24,000 bases of DNA from Corynebacterium macginleyi (GTDB taxonomy: Bacteria > Actinomycetota > Actinomycetes > Mycobacteriales > Mycobacteriaceae), in contig NZ_REGE01000005.1 of assembly GCF_003688935.1 (NCBI RefSeq), positions 81,867-105,866 of the forward strand. The letters run 5' to 3'. Of the stretch, positions 1-9,496 are shown piece after piece. Made by a program: the position numbers and the translations under genes. The notes under the pieces were generated by a model. That model saw only the letters and a program-made list of their open reading frames with translations. It was not told where the DNA came from and made no database searches. How positions within the stretch are numbered: position 1 is the stretch's first letter; each line of letters starts with the position of its first letter.

Positions 1-1592
1 TATCCCAATGCCGCAAGCTGCAGCTTCGCCGCCTCTGGTGAAAGTTTCAGCTCATCGGCGGACATGGTGACCACGGAATTTAGCAGCGGGCGATAAAACA
101 GGCGCGAGTGCAACTCTGAAATGCGCATCCTGATGCGCCGCAAATGCGCAAGCATCCCCTGCACCGCAGACTTAGTGCCCTGCGGCGAAAATCCAGAAAT
201 CACCGCGAGCCAGTTAAGGCCCGCTTCATCCTCGTCTGCCGGCAGCGTATGCGTGCGGCGGAAACGCTCCAATTGCAGGCGATGTTCTAAAAGGCGCAGG
301 AATTCATAGGCCTCGATGAGCTGCGTGCCATCTTCGCGTCCTACGTAGCCGGCGGAGATAAGGGCGCCTAGGGCATCCACTGTCGACAGCGCGCGCAGGG
401 ATTCATCGGAGCGGCCGTGCACCAATTGCAGCAATTGCACCGCAAATTCGATATCGCGCAGCCCGCCGACCCCCAGCTTGAGCTCGCGGTGTTTGAGCTC
501 ATCCGGCACATTATCTAAAACGCGCCGGCGCATGGCCTGGACGTCTTCCACGAAGGAATCACGCTGCGAGGCCGTCCACACCATCGGTTGGATCTGATCC
601 AGGTAATCCTGCCCCAGCGGCAGGTAGCCGGTCATCGCCCGCGCTTTGAGCAGGGCCTGAAATTCCCAGGTTTCTGCCCATCTGCGGTAATACGTCACGT
701 GCGAATCTAGTGTGCGCACCAGCGCGCCAGACTTGCCCTCGGGCCGAAGGTTCGCATCGACATCAAAAAATGTCGTGGACCCAATCCGGTTAAACTCCGC
801 GGCTAGACGGGTAGCCTTGGGCGTTGCCTTGCTGCCGACGAAGATAACGTCCACATCAGAAATATAGTTAAGCTCGCCGGCACCGCACTTGCCCATCGCC
901 ATGACCGCAAGCTGTGCATCGAGCGGATCGTCGCCGTAGATCTTGCGCACCGCGACAGCGAGAGAGGCGGTAAGGGCGGCATCGGCAAGCGCTGTAGTCA
1001 GCGTGGTGACCTGCCGGAAACTTAATTCCGGCTGCGGGCGGGATCGCCGCTTGCGGGAGTGAAAGGTCCCCGCCACATCGTGCGCGGCAAGGCGCATCAT
1101 CAGCGTGCGGTACTGGGTCCGCATCTCCTCTTTATGCTCGCCTTTACTCGCGCGGTACGTACCCGGCGCGCTGAGATCGTCTCTCGCCGGATCGGGAACA
1201 TCGAGCTCTGCAGCAAACCTTGCTGGTTGCGCGCCGACCACCTCAAGCAGGCTGGTAAACATCTCTTCAGGCTCCGGAAGCGGCTTTTTCAGCTCTGCCC
1301 ACAGCTCTGGGTGGGCAGCGAGGTGATCCCCAAAGGCCGTTGACGCACCCAAGAGTGCGAGAAGGCGCACCCGCACCTGCTCATTACTGCGGATTTCGGC
1401 ATCGAGCTCCGGGGCCTGCTCGTAAATGCGCACGAGGTTGTTGAGTGCCAAATCTGGATCACCAACCGCAGCCAGGGTCCATAAAAGGTCAACGGACTCC
1501 AGATTATTCCATCCCAATTGTTCTAAGTCTTGTGCAGCATGGGCCCGGCTAAGGCCCAACGAGGCCGGTGACGGCACCGTGTCGGGACGCAT
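1..1592 (-). CDS. glnE: Bifunctional glutamine-synthetase adenylyltransferase/deadenylyltransferase, N-terminal part (runs off left edge)
   Basis: Open minus-strand frame from ATG at 1592 reading MRPDTVPSPASLGLSRAHAAQDLEQLGWNNLESVDLLWTLAAVGDPDLALNNLVRIYEQAPELD..., with GlnE-like nucleotidyltransferase content further on (KCGAGELNYISDVDVIFV); adjacent to glnA2. Confidence 0.92.
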   Translation of the reverse strand, partial: MRPDTVPSPASLGLSRAHAAQDLEQLGWNNLESVDLLWTLAAVGDPDLALNNLVRIYEQAPELDAEIRSNEQVRVRLLALLGASTAFGDHLAAHPELWAELKKPLPEPEEMFTSLLEVVGAQPARFAAELDVPDPARDDLSAPGTYRASKGEHKEEMRTQYRTLMMRLAAHDVAGTFHSRKRRSRPQPELSFRQVTTLTTALADAALTASLAVAVRKIYGDDPLDAQLAVMAMGKCGAGELNYISDVDVIFVGSKATPKATRLAAEFNRIGSTTFFDVDANLRPEGKSGALVRTLDSHVTYYRRWAETWEFQALLKARAMTGYLPLGQDYLDQIQPMVWTASQRDSFVEDVQAMRRRVLDNVPDELKHRELKLGVGGLRDIEFAVQLLQLVHGRSDESLRALSTVDALGALISAGYVGREDGTQLIEAYEFLRLLEHRLQLERFRRTHTLPADEDEAGLNWLAVISGFSPQGTKSAVQGMLAHLRRIRMRISELHSRLFYRPLLNSVVTMSADELKLSPEAAKLQLAALG

Positions 1593-1599
1593 TATTCTC

Positions 1600-2937
1600 C
1601 TAGAAATTCAGGTTGTTGCGCAGCTCGACTGCAGTAATTTGGCGCTGATACTCGCGCCATTCTTCCCATTTGGCGCGCAAAAAGAACTCGAAGACGCGCT
1701 CGCCCAAGACCTCCGCCATGAATTCGGACTTTTCAAATTCACGCAGGGCTTGGTCCATGCTGGAGGGAAGATCCTTATACCCCATGGCGCGGCGTTCGCG
1801 GTGGGTGAGCTGGTGGACATCATCTTCTGCAGGATCGTCTAATTCATAGCCTTCCCGGATACCCCGCAGCCCAGCGGCGAGGATGACCGCATAGCCCAAG
1901 TATGGGTTCATGGAGGCATCGATGGATCTGATCTCCACCCGTCGCGATTCCTCCTTAGTCAGGCGGTACGTCGGCACGCGCACTAGGGCAGAACGGTTCT
2001 GCACGCCCCATGTGGCCGTCCCCGGCGCCTCATTGCCAAACATCAGCCTCTTATAAGAGTTGGGCCATTGGTTGATAATCGGACTCATCTCTGTAGAGTG
2101 CTCCAAAATTCCGGCGATGAATTGCTTGGCGGTGCGTGAGAGCGAAAATTCATCATCCGGGTCATGAAAAGCGTTGGACTGGCCTTCAAAAAGGCTAAAG
2201 TGCGTGTGCATTCCAGAGCCCGGAAGATCCTCAAACGGTTTAGGCATAAACGTCGCCCGCACATTTGAATCCGTAGCTACCTGCTTAATAACCCTCCGGA
2301 AGGTCATAATATTATCCGCCATGGTCAGCACATCGGCGTGGCGAAGATCGATTTCCTGCTGACCCGGCGCGGTCTCGTGGTGGCTAAATTCGGTGGCGAT
2401 GCCGAGCGATTCCAACGCCAACATCGCGCGGCGGCGAAAAAGCGGCGCGGTATCATGCGTCGCTTGATCGAAATACCCCCCGTTATCGGTAGGTACCAGG
2501 TCTGTCAGCTCCCGGCTATGTTCCAACAGATAGAACTCGATTTCTGGCGAGGCCATGCAGGTAAATCCATCCTTGGCCGCCTCCGTAACCTGGCGGCGCA
2601 GGATATGGCGCGGATCCACCACGGAGGGCTGGCCATCCGGCTGCGCAATATCGCAGAACATGCGCGCCGTTTGCAAATCCGGCTCGTTGTCATCAAAAGG
2701 CAGGATTTGGAAGGTGGAAGGATCCGGCAACGCGATAGTGTCCGATTCAGAGATACGGGAAAAACCCTCTACCGACGAGCCATCAAAGCCAACCCCCTCC
2801 TCAAAGGCGGATTCGAGTTCGGAGGGACTCATCACTACGGATTTGAGGGCGCCCATGATATCTGTAAACCACAAGCGGATAAAACGGATATCGCGTTCCT
2901 CAACGGTGCGTAAGACGAATTCGTGTTGGCTATTCAT
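1600..2937 (-). CDS. glnA2: Type I glutamine synthetase, GlnA2 class
   Basis: 445-aa ORF with GS signatures (DGSSVEGF, PGQQEIDLRHAD, MPKPFEDLPGSGMHTHFSL, NSYKRLM); next to glnE as in other Corynebacteriales. Confidence 0.95.
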   Translation of the reverse strand: MNSQHEFVLRTVEERDIRFIRLWFTDIMGALKSVVMSPSELESAFEEGVGFDGSSVEGFSRISESDTIALPDPSTFQILPFDDNEPDLQTARMFCDIAQPDGQPSVVDPRHILRRQVTEAAKDGFTCMASPEIEFYLLEHSRELTDLVPTDNGGYFDQATHDTAPLFRRRAMLALESLGIATEFSHHETAPGQQEIDLRHADVLTMADNIMTFRRVIKQVATDSNVRATFMPKPFEDLPGSGMHTHFSLFEGQSNAFHDPDDEFSLSRTAKQFIAGILEHSTEMSPIINQWPNSYKRLMFGNEAPGTATWGVQNRSALVRVPTYRLTKEESRRVEIRSIDASMNPYLGYAVILAAGLRGIREGYELDDPAEDDVHQLTHRERRAMGYKDLPSSMDQALREFEKSEFMAEVLGERVFEFFLRAKWEEWREYQRQITAVELRNNLNF

Positions 2938-3133
2938 GCCCTAAACCTTACCGGCTCACCGCTAAGCAGTGCGCAGTTCATTAGTCAATTTCCACATGGT
3001 CAGATTCGCAGGTCGCCAGAGTATTCAGGGGGTAACAAGCGGGGGTTAATGCAACAGGTATGCCGGCAGGCACATGCTTTGCTGGTGAGGCAAGCGAACA
3101 CCTGTACATGCTTTCTAAAGGAAGAACGCTACT

Positions 3134-4174
3134 ATGACCTCTCACGTCGATGAATTTTCTGCCAGCGCTATCGATGCCATCGTTACTGCCGCCCAATACG
3201 GGTGGTCCCCAGACGATTTACGCCACATTCTTGGTTCTTATTCCTATCCCCTCATCTACCGCGCCAGCCCTCACGTACCTGCCCGCATTACCTCACCTGC
3301 ACTCCGCAAAGCATGGTTGCAATTAGAAGCGCCGCAAGAAAATTTCGTTCCCCGCGATAAAATGCGCGCCATCATAAAAGAGCTGGTACATCTGCCGCGG
3401 TTGCGCGATACCGAGCTTTTAGCAGGCGGCGAGCTAAGCCAGGCCGAAAACTCTAGCGACCAGCAGGATAAACTCCGCCGCAAGGTCTTGGGGCTGCTGC
3501 GCAAAGCAGAATCCACGTCCTTTGTAGAAGAGGCAGAGGTACTCATTTCCAAGGCGCAATCGCTACAGCAAAAATACCGCATCGAAGATCTTTTAACCGT
3601 TGACCAGCCCCGCCTTATTTCCCACCGAGTGCACGTGCACCCGCCGTATATCAAGCACCAGGTCACCTTGTTGGGCACCATCGCCAATGCCAATGGCTGC
3701 ACCAGCCTACTCATCCACGAAAAGGGTCTGGCCTGCATCATCGGCGCACCCGAAGACGCTGCGCACTGCGCCGACTTGTTCTCCTCCTTGAACCGCCAAT
3801 GCGATTGGTACATGCGCAACAGTGAAGGTGCCGAATTTGCGCGCGTAACACAGACTACCGCTGCCTATCGACGCAGCTTCCGGCTTTCCTATGCCGCCCG
3901 TATCGGGGAACTGCTGCAGCTGGCCAATGAAGACGGTATTGAAGAAAAACTCGATGAATCCCCTTACTGCAGCCACCACGCAGAACTCATCGCCACCCAA
4001 ACGCTGCCCGCACTCCAAGCGCGCACCGATCATGCCGAGGAAACCCGAAACCGCCTATTTCCCAATCTGAGTACTTCTACGCTATCCATGAATAGCTTGC
4101 ATGGCATCACTGACGGTATCACGGCCGCGGATAAGTCTCACTTAGGCGGGTCTGCCATGGGCATCGATTCTTGA
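3134..4174 (+). CDS. DUF2786 domain-containing protein
   Basis: 346-aa ORF with RBS-like AAAGGAAG upstream; segment LRRKVLGLLRKAESTSFVEEAEVLISKAQSLQQKYRIEDLL matches the DUF2786 pattern. Confidence 0.8.
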   Translation: MTSHVDEFSASAIDAIVTAAQYGWSPDDLRHILGSYSYPLIYRASPHVPARITSPALRKAWLQLEAPQENFVPRDKMRAIIKELVHLPRLRDTELLAGGELSQAENSSDQQDKLRRKVLGLLRKAESTSFVEEAEVLISKAQSLQQKYRIEDLLTVDQPRLISHRVHVHPPYIKHQVTLLGTIANANGCTSLLIHEKGLACIIGAPEDAAHCADLFSSLNRQCDWYMRNSEGAEFARVTQTTAAYRRSFRLSYAARIGELLQLANEDGIEEKLDESPYCSHHAELIATQTLPALQARTDHAEETRNRLFPNLSTSTLSMNSLHGITDGITAADKSHLGGSAMGIDS

Positions 4175-4348
4175 TACCGGCGGCCCTTGCTCCGTAGCTT
4201 CCTCTGTCTGCTTTCAGTCCATGGTTTTGGTAGCGCATTTCTACCTGTACGCACAGCAAACGCTGCGAAATTTTTTAAGGCGGTGGCTGCGCCTCACGGG
4301 TAGAATCGCAGATGAAATTAATTGTTGTAAAAGCTTAAGGGTACGTGA

Positions 4349-6070
4349 ATGTCAACACAGACTTTTCTGGAAGTAGAAGCGAAATTCGCCGTAGCGGAAT
4401 CGACTCAACTGCCTGAACTTACTCGACTCGAATCCGTTGACCATATTGCAGAAACACGCCATCACGCTCTATCTGCTATTTATTACGACACGGAAGATTT
4501 GCGCCTGACACACGCCAAAATCACCTTGCGCCGCCGCACCGGCGGCAATGACGATGGCTGGCACATCAAGATCCCAAGCGAGAGTGGACGCACCGAGATC
4601 CACGCCGAACTGGGAGAACCGGTAGACGGCAAATACGAAGTACCCCAAGAACTTGTGCAGCAGGTGCGCTCTGTCGTTCGCCACAACGAGTTAAACCCCA
4701 TCGCGCAGGTGGATAATAACCGCACCGAGATACTGCTTGCGGACGAGCAGAACAATCCGGTCGCAGAATTCTGCGATGACCACGTCACCGCCTTTTCTTT
4801 TCTGCCCGGCGGGCAGCAGCAATCCTGGCGCGAATGGGAAATGGAACTCGCCGGTGAGCTTCCAGGTACGGAAGAAGGAAGCCACTTTATACGCCGCGCC
4901 ACATCCCTTCTCATCGGCGCTGGGGCTCGCGTTTCTTCGTCCCCGTCTAAGCTAACGACGGCCTTGGGCGATTCTTACAGCAATGCTCCCCTTCCGCCTG
5001 CGCTAATCACCCCAGATGTTGAGAAGGATTCCCCAGCAGCCGCGGTGATTGCAGCGCTGCAGGCCAACCGCGACAAGCTCATCGATTACGATCCGCGCGT
5101 TCGCCGCGATGAATGGGACTCGGTGCACCAAATGCGCGTGGCCACCCGTGAGCTGCGCAGCCACCTACAGACTTTTCACGGCATTGTCGTCGGCCCGCAG
5201 ATCGAGAAAATCGAAGCCGATCTCAAGGAGCTCGCCAACATTTTGGGCGTTGCCCGCGATGCGGAGGTCGTCGAAGAGCGCTGGCTAGAGCTCTTGGAAT
5301 CCGAGGATTCCGATACCTTGGATGCCGCCACTCGCGAGCACATCTCCCGCGATATGGCAACCGCCTACCGGCGGGCACACCGGAGGATTATCGCCGCACT
5401 AAATTCTGAGGAATACCTCGAATTACTCGAGTCCCTTGACCGCCTGCTGGCGAATCCCCCTACTGCCGGTTCCCAGTCCGCAGAAGATACCGACGGTACT
5501 GATGATTGCGTTGCCGTTGACCCGACCGGGGCTGCAGTCGATAATCCAGCCGAAGATGGCGCGGACACGAACGCGGCAGAGGAGGAATCTAACGCTGAAA
5601 CGGGCGATACGCAGACCGAGGACGTCGATGTCGTCATGGCGCGCCACCTAGAAAAGGCCTACAATAAGCTGGTCAAGCGGCATAAGAAGGCCGTGGACAA
5701 CTGGAATAACGCGGAGCTGTCGCTACAGGAGCGCGAGAATTACTTCCACGATATGCGCAAGGCTGCGAAGAAATTGCGTTACGCAGCAGAGGCAGCCGGT
5801 TCAGCAACGAAACTAAAGACCAAGCGCCTGTATAAGAGCTGCAAAAAGATGCAATCGGTTTTGGGGGATTTTCAAGACTCGGTGACCTCGCGGGATAAAT
5901 TGCTAGAACTGGCCCGCAATGCTCACCGCCGCGGGGAAGATACCTTCGGCTACGGCCTGCTGTACCAGCGCGAACGCGCTATCAGCCTGGCTGCCTTAGA
6001 GGATTACACTGAATCCTTCAAAGACATCGAGGCCGCGTTTAAACCGCTGCGCAAAAAGCTGAAGAAATAG
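4349..6070 (+). CDS. CYTH and CHAD domain-containing protein (probable polyphosphate-associated)
   Basis: 573-aa ORF; N-terminal EVEAKFAV...YYDTEDLRLTHAKITLRRRTGG (CYTH) and C-terminal VHQMRVATRELRSHLQTF...FHDMRKAAKKLRYAAE (CHAD). Confidence 0.93.
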   Translation: MSTQTFLEVEAKFAVAESTQLPELTRLESVDHIAETRHHALSAIYYDTEDLRLTHAKITLRRRTGGNDDGWHIKIPSESGRTEIHAELGEPVDGKYEVPQELVQQVRSVVRHNELNPIAQVDNNRTEILLADEQNNPVAEFCDDHVTAFSFLPGGQQQSWREWEMELAGELPGTEEGSHFIRRATSLLIGAGARVSSSPSKLTTALGDSYSNAPLPPALITPDVEKDSPAAAVIAALQANRDKLIDYDPRVRRDEWDSVHQMRVATRELRSHLQTFHGIVVGPQIEKIEADLKELANILGVARDAEVVEERWLELLESEDSDTLDAATREHISRDMATAYRRAHRRIIAALNSEEYLELLESLDRLLANPPTAGSQSAEDTDGTDDCVAVDPTGAAVDNPAEDGADTNAAEEESNAETGDTQTEDVDVVMARHLEKAYNKLVKRHKKAVDNWNNAELSLQERENYFHDMRKAAKKLRYAAEAAGSATKLKTKRLYKSCKKMQSVLGDFQDSVTSRDKLLELARNAHRRGEDTFGYGLLYQRERAISLAALEDYTESFKDIEAAFKPLRKKLKK

Positions 6071-6129
6071 CGCGGCTGGGACACCGGCCCTGCCGAGCTG
6101 GGCGATTTCAGGTGATGGTCCGAAAACAA

Positions 6130-6360
6130 CTACTCCCAGCCATCATCTTCTTTATCTGCTGCATCGGCTGCCTTGGTGCGAGCGCGCGCAATTTCTATGG
6201 CGCGCTCGGCCTCTTCACGGGTGTCATAGGGCCCCATGCGGTTCTCCCAGCCGGATACTTTGCCCCTGCTGACTTTTTTGGTGGAAGGGTCGTAATACCA
6301 CTTCTCATCTGCTGTAATCGCCACGGTAGTCCCTTTCGTCTCTATGATTTTGGGCAGCAC
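6130..6360 (-). CDS. Small conserved hypothetical protein (VLPKIIETKGTTVAITADEKWYYDPSTKKVSRGKVSGWENRMGPYDTREEAERAIEIA...)
   Basis: Internal GTG at 6360 gives a more natural start than the upstream ATG at 6411; charged globular sequence with coherent codon usage. Confidence 0.6.
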   Translation of the reverse strand: MLPKIIETKGTTVAITADEKWYYDPSTKKVSRGKVSGWENRMGPYDTREEAERAIEIARARTKAADAADKEDDGWE

Positions 6361-6574
6361 GTGTGCCCCGCCTGTCTGTGGTGGGTACCCACAATACCCA
6401 TGTACGAGCACACGCGCCCGCTAGAATATGAGGTCAGTATTTCTTCTGATTCCTCCCGTGCACCGTCAAATAGGGCAAGGGAGCCGCTTTATCGGCTACT
6501 TTGTCCGTGGCGCTAGCCCCGCCACGTAGCCGCGTGTTTTTATCTGCCGAATTGAAAAAGGAGCTTTTGCCTTC

Positions 6575-7849
6575 ATGCCACTGTGGTCGACGCCAGAGTC
6601 CCCTATTGCCGCGCGTGTTGCACAACAACACGCCTCTATCGTGGGAACTGACCCCACCCATACCGCCAGCGCACCCGGGACCTGGCCGCTCATGGGTGAG
6701 CATATCGATCATTATGGCGGCATCGTTGCCGCAAGCTTGTCGGATCTGCGCGCGGCGGCGGCCGTCAGCTTACGCACAGACGGCATCGTGGCTGTCCACT
6801 ACATTCCGACTAGGGGGGAGCCTGTGCACGATTCCATTGGCCTCCAGGAGGTGGCTACGCTCGCAGCGGCGCAACAACCCACAACGGACTCAGAAGGGCA
6901 ACCGGTCATCCCGCCTGCACCTGAAGGTGGTCTAGCCGCGCGCATCGGCGGCATCGTGCACACCATGATTAACCGCCAATTACTATCCCGGGAGACGGCA
7001 GGGGCAGATATCACGATCGTGAACGATATCCCCGCCGATATCGGCTTGGGCGCTGCATCGGCGGCGGATGTTGCCACAGCGCTTGCATTAATGGGCCCGG
7101 TCGATAACCTCGATGCGCCCTTGCGCGTGCGCGTTGCGGAAGTCTGCACTCAGGCTGTGACCACTTTTGCTCATCAGCCAGCTCTTCGCGCGCGTCACAC
7201 TGCCGCGCTGCGCAGCAGTGGTGACGGCGTGTGCATCATCGACTATGCCGATGGATCAGTCACCCACGCGCCCCACGTCGTGGACCAAGACGTAACGGCC
7301 TTTGCCGTGGCGGTACCCGGGGGCAATGCGGAAGAGCAATCACAGGCGATTAGTGCTATCCGCCAGCGCCAGCAATTTATTGATGACGCCTGCCATTCCT
7401 TCGGCACGGAGTCGCTGCGCCTATTGCCCGATGCGCAACAGCGGGTGGTGGAGTGGCTCAAGGCAGTGCACAAGGTCTACGGCGAAGACGGGCGCCCCAG
7501 CATCACAGCGGCTACCGAGTGGATGGCATTTTATGCTGAGGAAAACACGCGTGTGGAGCACTTCGTGCGTTATCTGCGCTCACACCGCCGCAATGAACTC
7601 TTCCCCATTGTGTTGCAATCACAGGCCTCGCTAACCAATATTTATGGCTTTGATTCCGCGGAAAAGATCGCGGAGTTAGTCACAGTCCGCGGCGCGCTCG
7701 CCGCGCGCTCGGCGCACGCAGGGCTATCCAATGCCGTTATCGCCTATGTCCCGAGCAATCGCGCGACAAACTTCGCAGCGGACCTAGCAGACGATGGTTT
7801 CTTGCTGGTGACATTGGCCGCGGGCGAGCCCGCGAAGATAGAAGATTAG
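6575..7849 (+). CDS. galK: Galactokinase
   Basis: 424-aa ORF with GHMP kinase features: LMGEHIDHYGG, VVNDIPADIGLGAASAADVATA, and C-terminal AGLSNAVIAYVP region. Confidence 0.9.
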   Translation: MPLWSTPESPIAARVAQQHASIVGTDPTHTASAPGTWPLMGEHIDHYGGIVAASLSDLRAAAAVSLRTDGIVAVHYIPTRGEPVHDSIGLQEVATLAAAQQPTTDSEGQPVIPPAPEGGLAARIGGIVHTMINRQLLSRETAGADITIVNDIPADIGLGAASAADVATALALMGPVDNLDAPLRVRVAEVCTQAVTTFAHQPALRARHTAALRSSGDGVCIIDYADGSVTHAPHVVDQDVTAFAVAVPGGNAEEQSQAISAIRQRQQFIDDACHSFGTESLRLLPDAQQRVVEWLKAVHKVYGEDGRPSITAATEWMAFYAEENTRVEHFVRYLRSHRRNELFPIVLQSQASLTNIYGFDSAEKIAELVTVRGALAARSAHAGLSNAVIAYVPSNRATNFAADLADDGFLLVTLAAGEPAKIED

Positions 7850-7861
7850 AGGATTAGAGGA

Positions 7862-8322
7862 GCGAATGAGCCGACCTATAAGCCGGATTCTGTCTAACCG
7901 CGGCACCCCAGCCAGTGAGGATACCGCGCGGCGATCATCCATCTAGACCAACCGTTGCCAGTTGGTTCCAGCAGCTACCTTCAGGCTCGAGCGAGCAGCC
8001 TTAAAACGCCTGATCGGGCCCTGCAACGTGGCAGGGCCGTGATGCCTTGCTCCCGGTGGGGTTTACCCAGCCACCGCCATCACTGACGATGCTGGTGCGC
8101 TCTTAACGCACCGTTTCACCCTTACCTTGTGTCCCCAACTTGGGCCGAAACGCAAGTGGAGGCACAAGGCGGTCTACTTTCTGTTGCACTTGCCCGCGGG
8201 TCACCCCGGGTTGCCGTTAGCAACCACCGTGCTCTGTGGAGTCCGGACTTTCCTCGGCGCCCACGTAGCAGCATTCATGCTGCCCGTTTGCGGCGACGCG
8301 ATCGCCCGGCCGGCTCATTCGC
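7862..8322 (-). ncRNA. rnpB: RNase P RNA, bacterial type A
   Basis: Minus strand contains GAGGAAAGTCCGGACTCCACAGAGCACGGTGG near the 5' end and GACAGAATCCGGCTTATAGGTCGG at the 3' end. Termini form a P1 helix: GCGAATGAGCCGGCC (8322-8308) pairs with GGTCGGCTCATTCGC (7876-7862). Confidence 0.93.
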
Positions 8323-8332
8323 GCTACCTAGT

Positions 8333-9496
8333 CTAGCGTAGCCCTTCCAGGTGTCCCACATCGTTGAATCCATGCACCATAGAACCACCGTCCCAGAACT
8401 CGACCTCTGAGAGCGCAGCCAGATCCAAAAACAGGTGGTGGAAGGTGGCCGGACCAGCATTCAGAGCCTGGCAAAGGAAGGATTTGATGGGGTTGACATG
8501 GCTGACAATCAGTACCGTCTTGCCGCTATAGCGCCACTGCAATTCCTTGCGGGCAGCACGCACGCGACGATTGACGGCCTGCAGCGATTCCCCGCCGGGA
8601 CATGGTGCGGCGGCATCGTGCAACCACTGCTCGTGGATCTCTGGGTCGCTCTGGCGTGCTTCGGCCGCAGTCTTTCCTTCCCACTCGCCAAAGTCCACTT
8701 CACGAAGGTTTTCTTCGGTAACGACGTCGATATCGCGACCATGTGCAACGGCGGCCGCCATATCCTGGCAGCGTTGTAACGGCGAGCACACGATGGCGTC
8801 AATAGTGGTACCGACAAGCGCCTGTGCCGCGGCGAGCGTCTGCTTTTTGCCTAGTTCAGTAAGACCTGGATTGGTGAGCCCAGAATATTGCTTGGCTGCA
8901 GACATCTCGGTCTGCCCATGTCGCAGCAGAATGAATCGCGTTGTATCGCCGCGATCGCCCAGCCAGTCGGCAGGGTGTGGCGCGGTGGTATCCCACTCCT
9001 GCTCGCCCTCGACCGGCATAGGCGCGGCAGGCATGGACTCGGCAGGCTCATCGGTATCGCTCTTAACGATGCCCACCGTGTGGCCTGCCGCGGCCGCGTC
9101 CATAGCATCGTTGGATAGCGCGTCCGCCACCTTATTTTTCGCGCGCGGCACCCACTCGAGACTGAAAGAAGAAAATCCATCGATATGCGTGCGCGCCTGC
9201 AGGGCCAACTTTTGCATATCGGGGTGTTTAATTTTCCAACGCCCGTTAATCTGCTCCACAACGAGCTTGGAATCCATATAGAATTCCACCTCGCTGGCAC
9301 CGAGCTCAGAGGCGGCCTCGAGCCCACGCAATAAGCCGTGGTACTCGGCCACATTATTAGTGGCTTTGGTTCCTACCACATAGACAATTTCGCGCAGGAT
9401 AGTTGTGCCATCTGCGTCATAAAGGACGGTGCCTGCCCCGGCTACTCCCGGGTTGCCGCGCGAGCCACCATCGGCATAGATGATGACCTTCATCAT
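8333..9496 (-). CDS. Bifunctional RNase H / histidine phosphatase (phosphoglycerate mutase-like) protein
   Basis: MKVIIYADGGSRGNPGVAGAG...VEFYMDSKLVVEQINGRWK (RNase HI-like) plus RFILLRHGQTEMSAAKQYSGLTNPGLTELG (phosphatase RHG motif). The start at 9496 overlaps the upstream stop (ATGA coupling). Confidence 0.93.
   Translation of the reverse strand: MMKVIIYADGGSRGNPGVAGAGTVLYDADGTTILREIVYVVGTKATNNVAEYHGLLRGLEAASELGASEVEFYMDSKLVVEQINGRWKIKHPDMQKLALQARTHIDGFSSFSLEWVPRAKNKVADALSNDAMDAAAAGHTVGIVKSDTDEPAESMPAAPMPVEGEQEWDTTAPHPADWLGDRGDTTRFILLRHGQTEMSAAKQYSGLTNPGLTELGKKQTLAAAQALVGTTIDAIVCSPLQRCQDMAAAVAHGRDIDVVTEENLREVDFGEWEGKTAAEARQSDPEIHEQWLHDAAAPCPGGESLQAVNRRVRAARKELQWRYSGKTVLIVSHVNPIKSFLCQALNAGPATFHHLFLDLAALSEVEFWDGGSMVHGFNDVGHLEGLR

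Noticed and set aside
2338-2913. 191-aa plus-strand ORF
   Set aside because: Entirely antisense to glnA2, no recognisable domain; shadow ORF.
8547-9281. 244-aa plus-strand ORF
   Set aside because: Antisense to the well-supported RNase H/phosphatase CDS; composition (Ser/Arg/Ala-rich) typical of shadow ORFs in GC-rich coding DNA.
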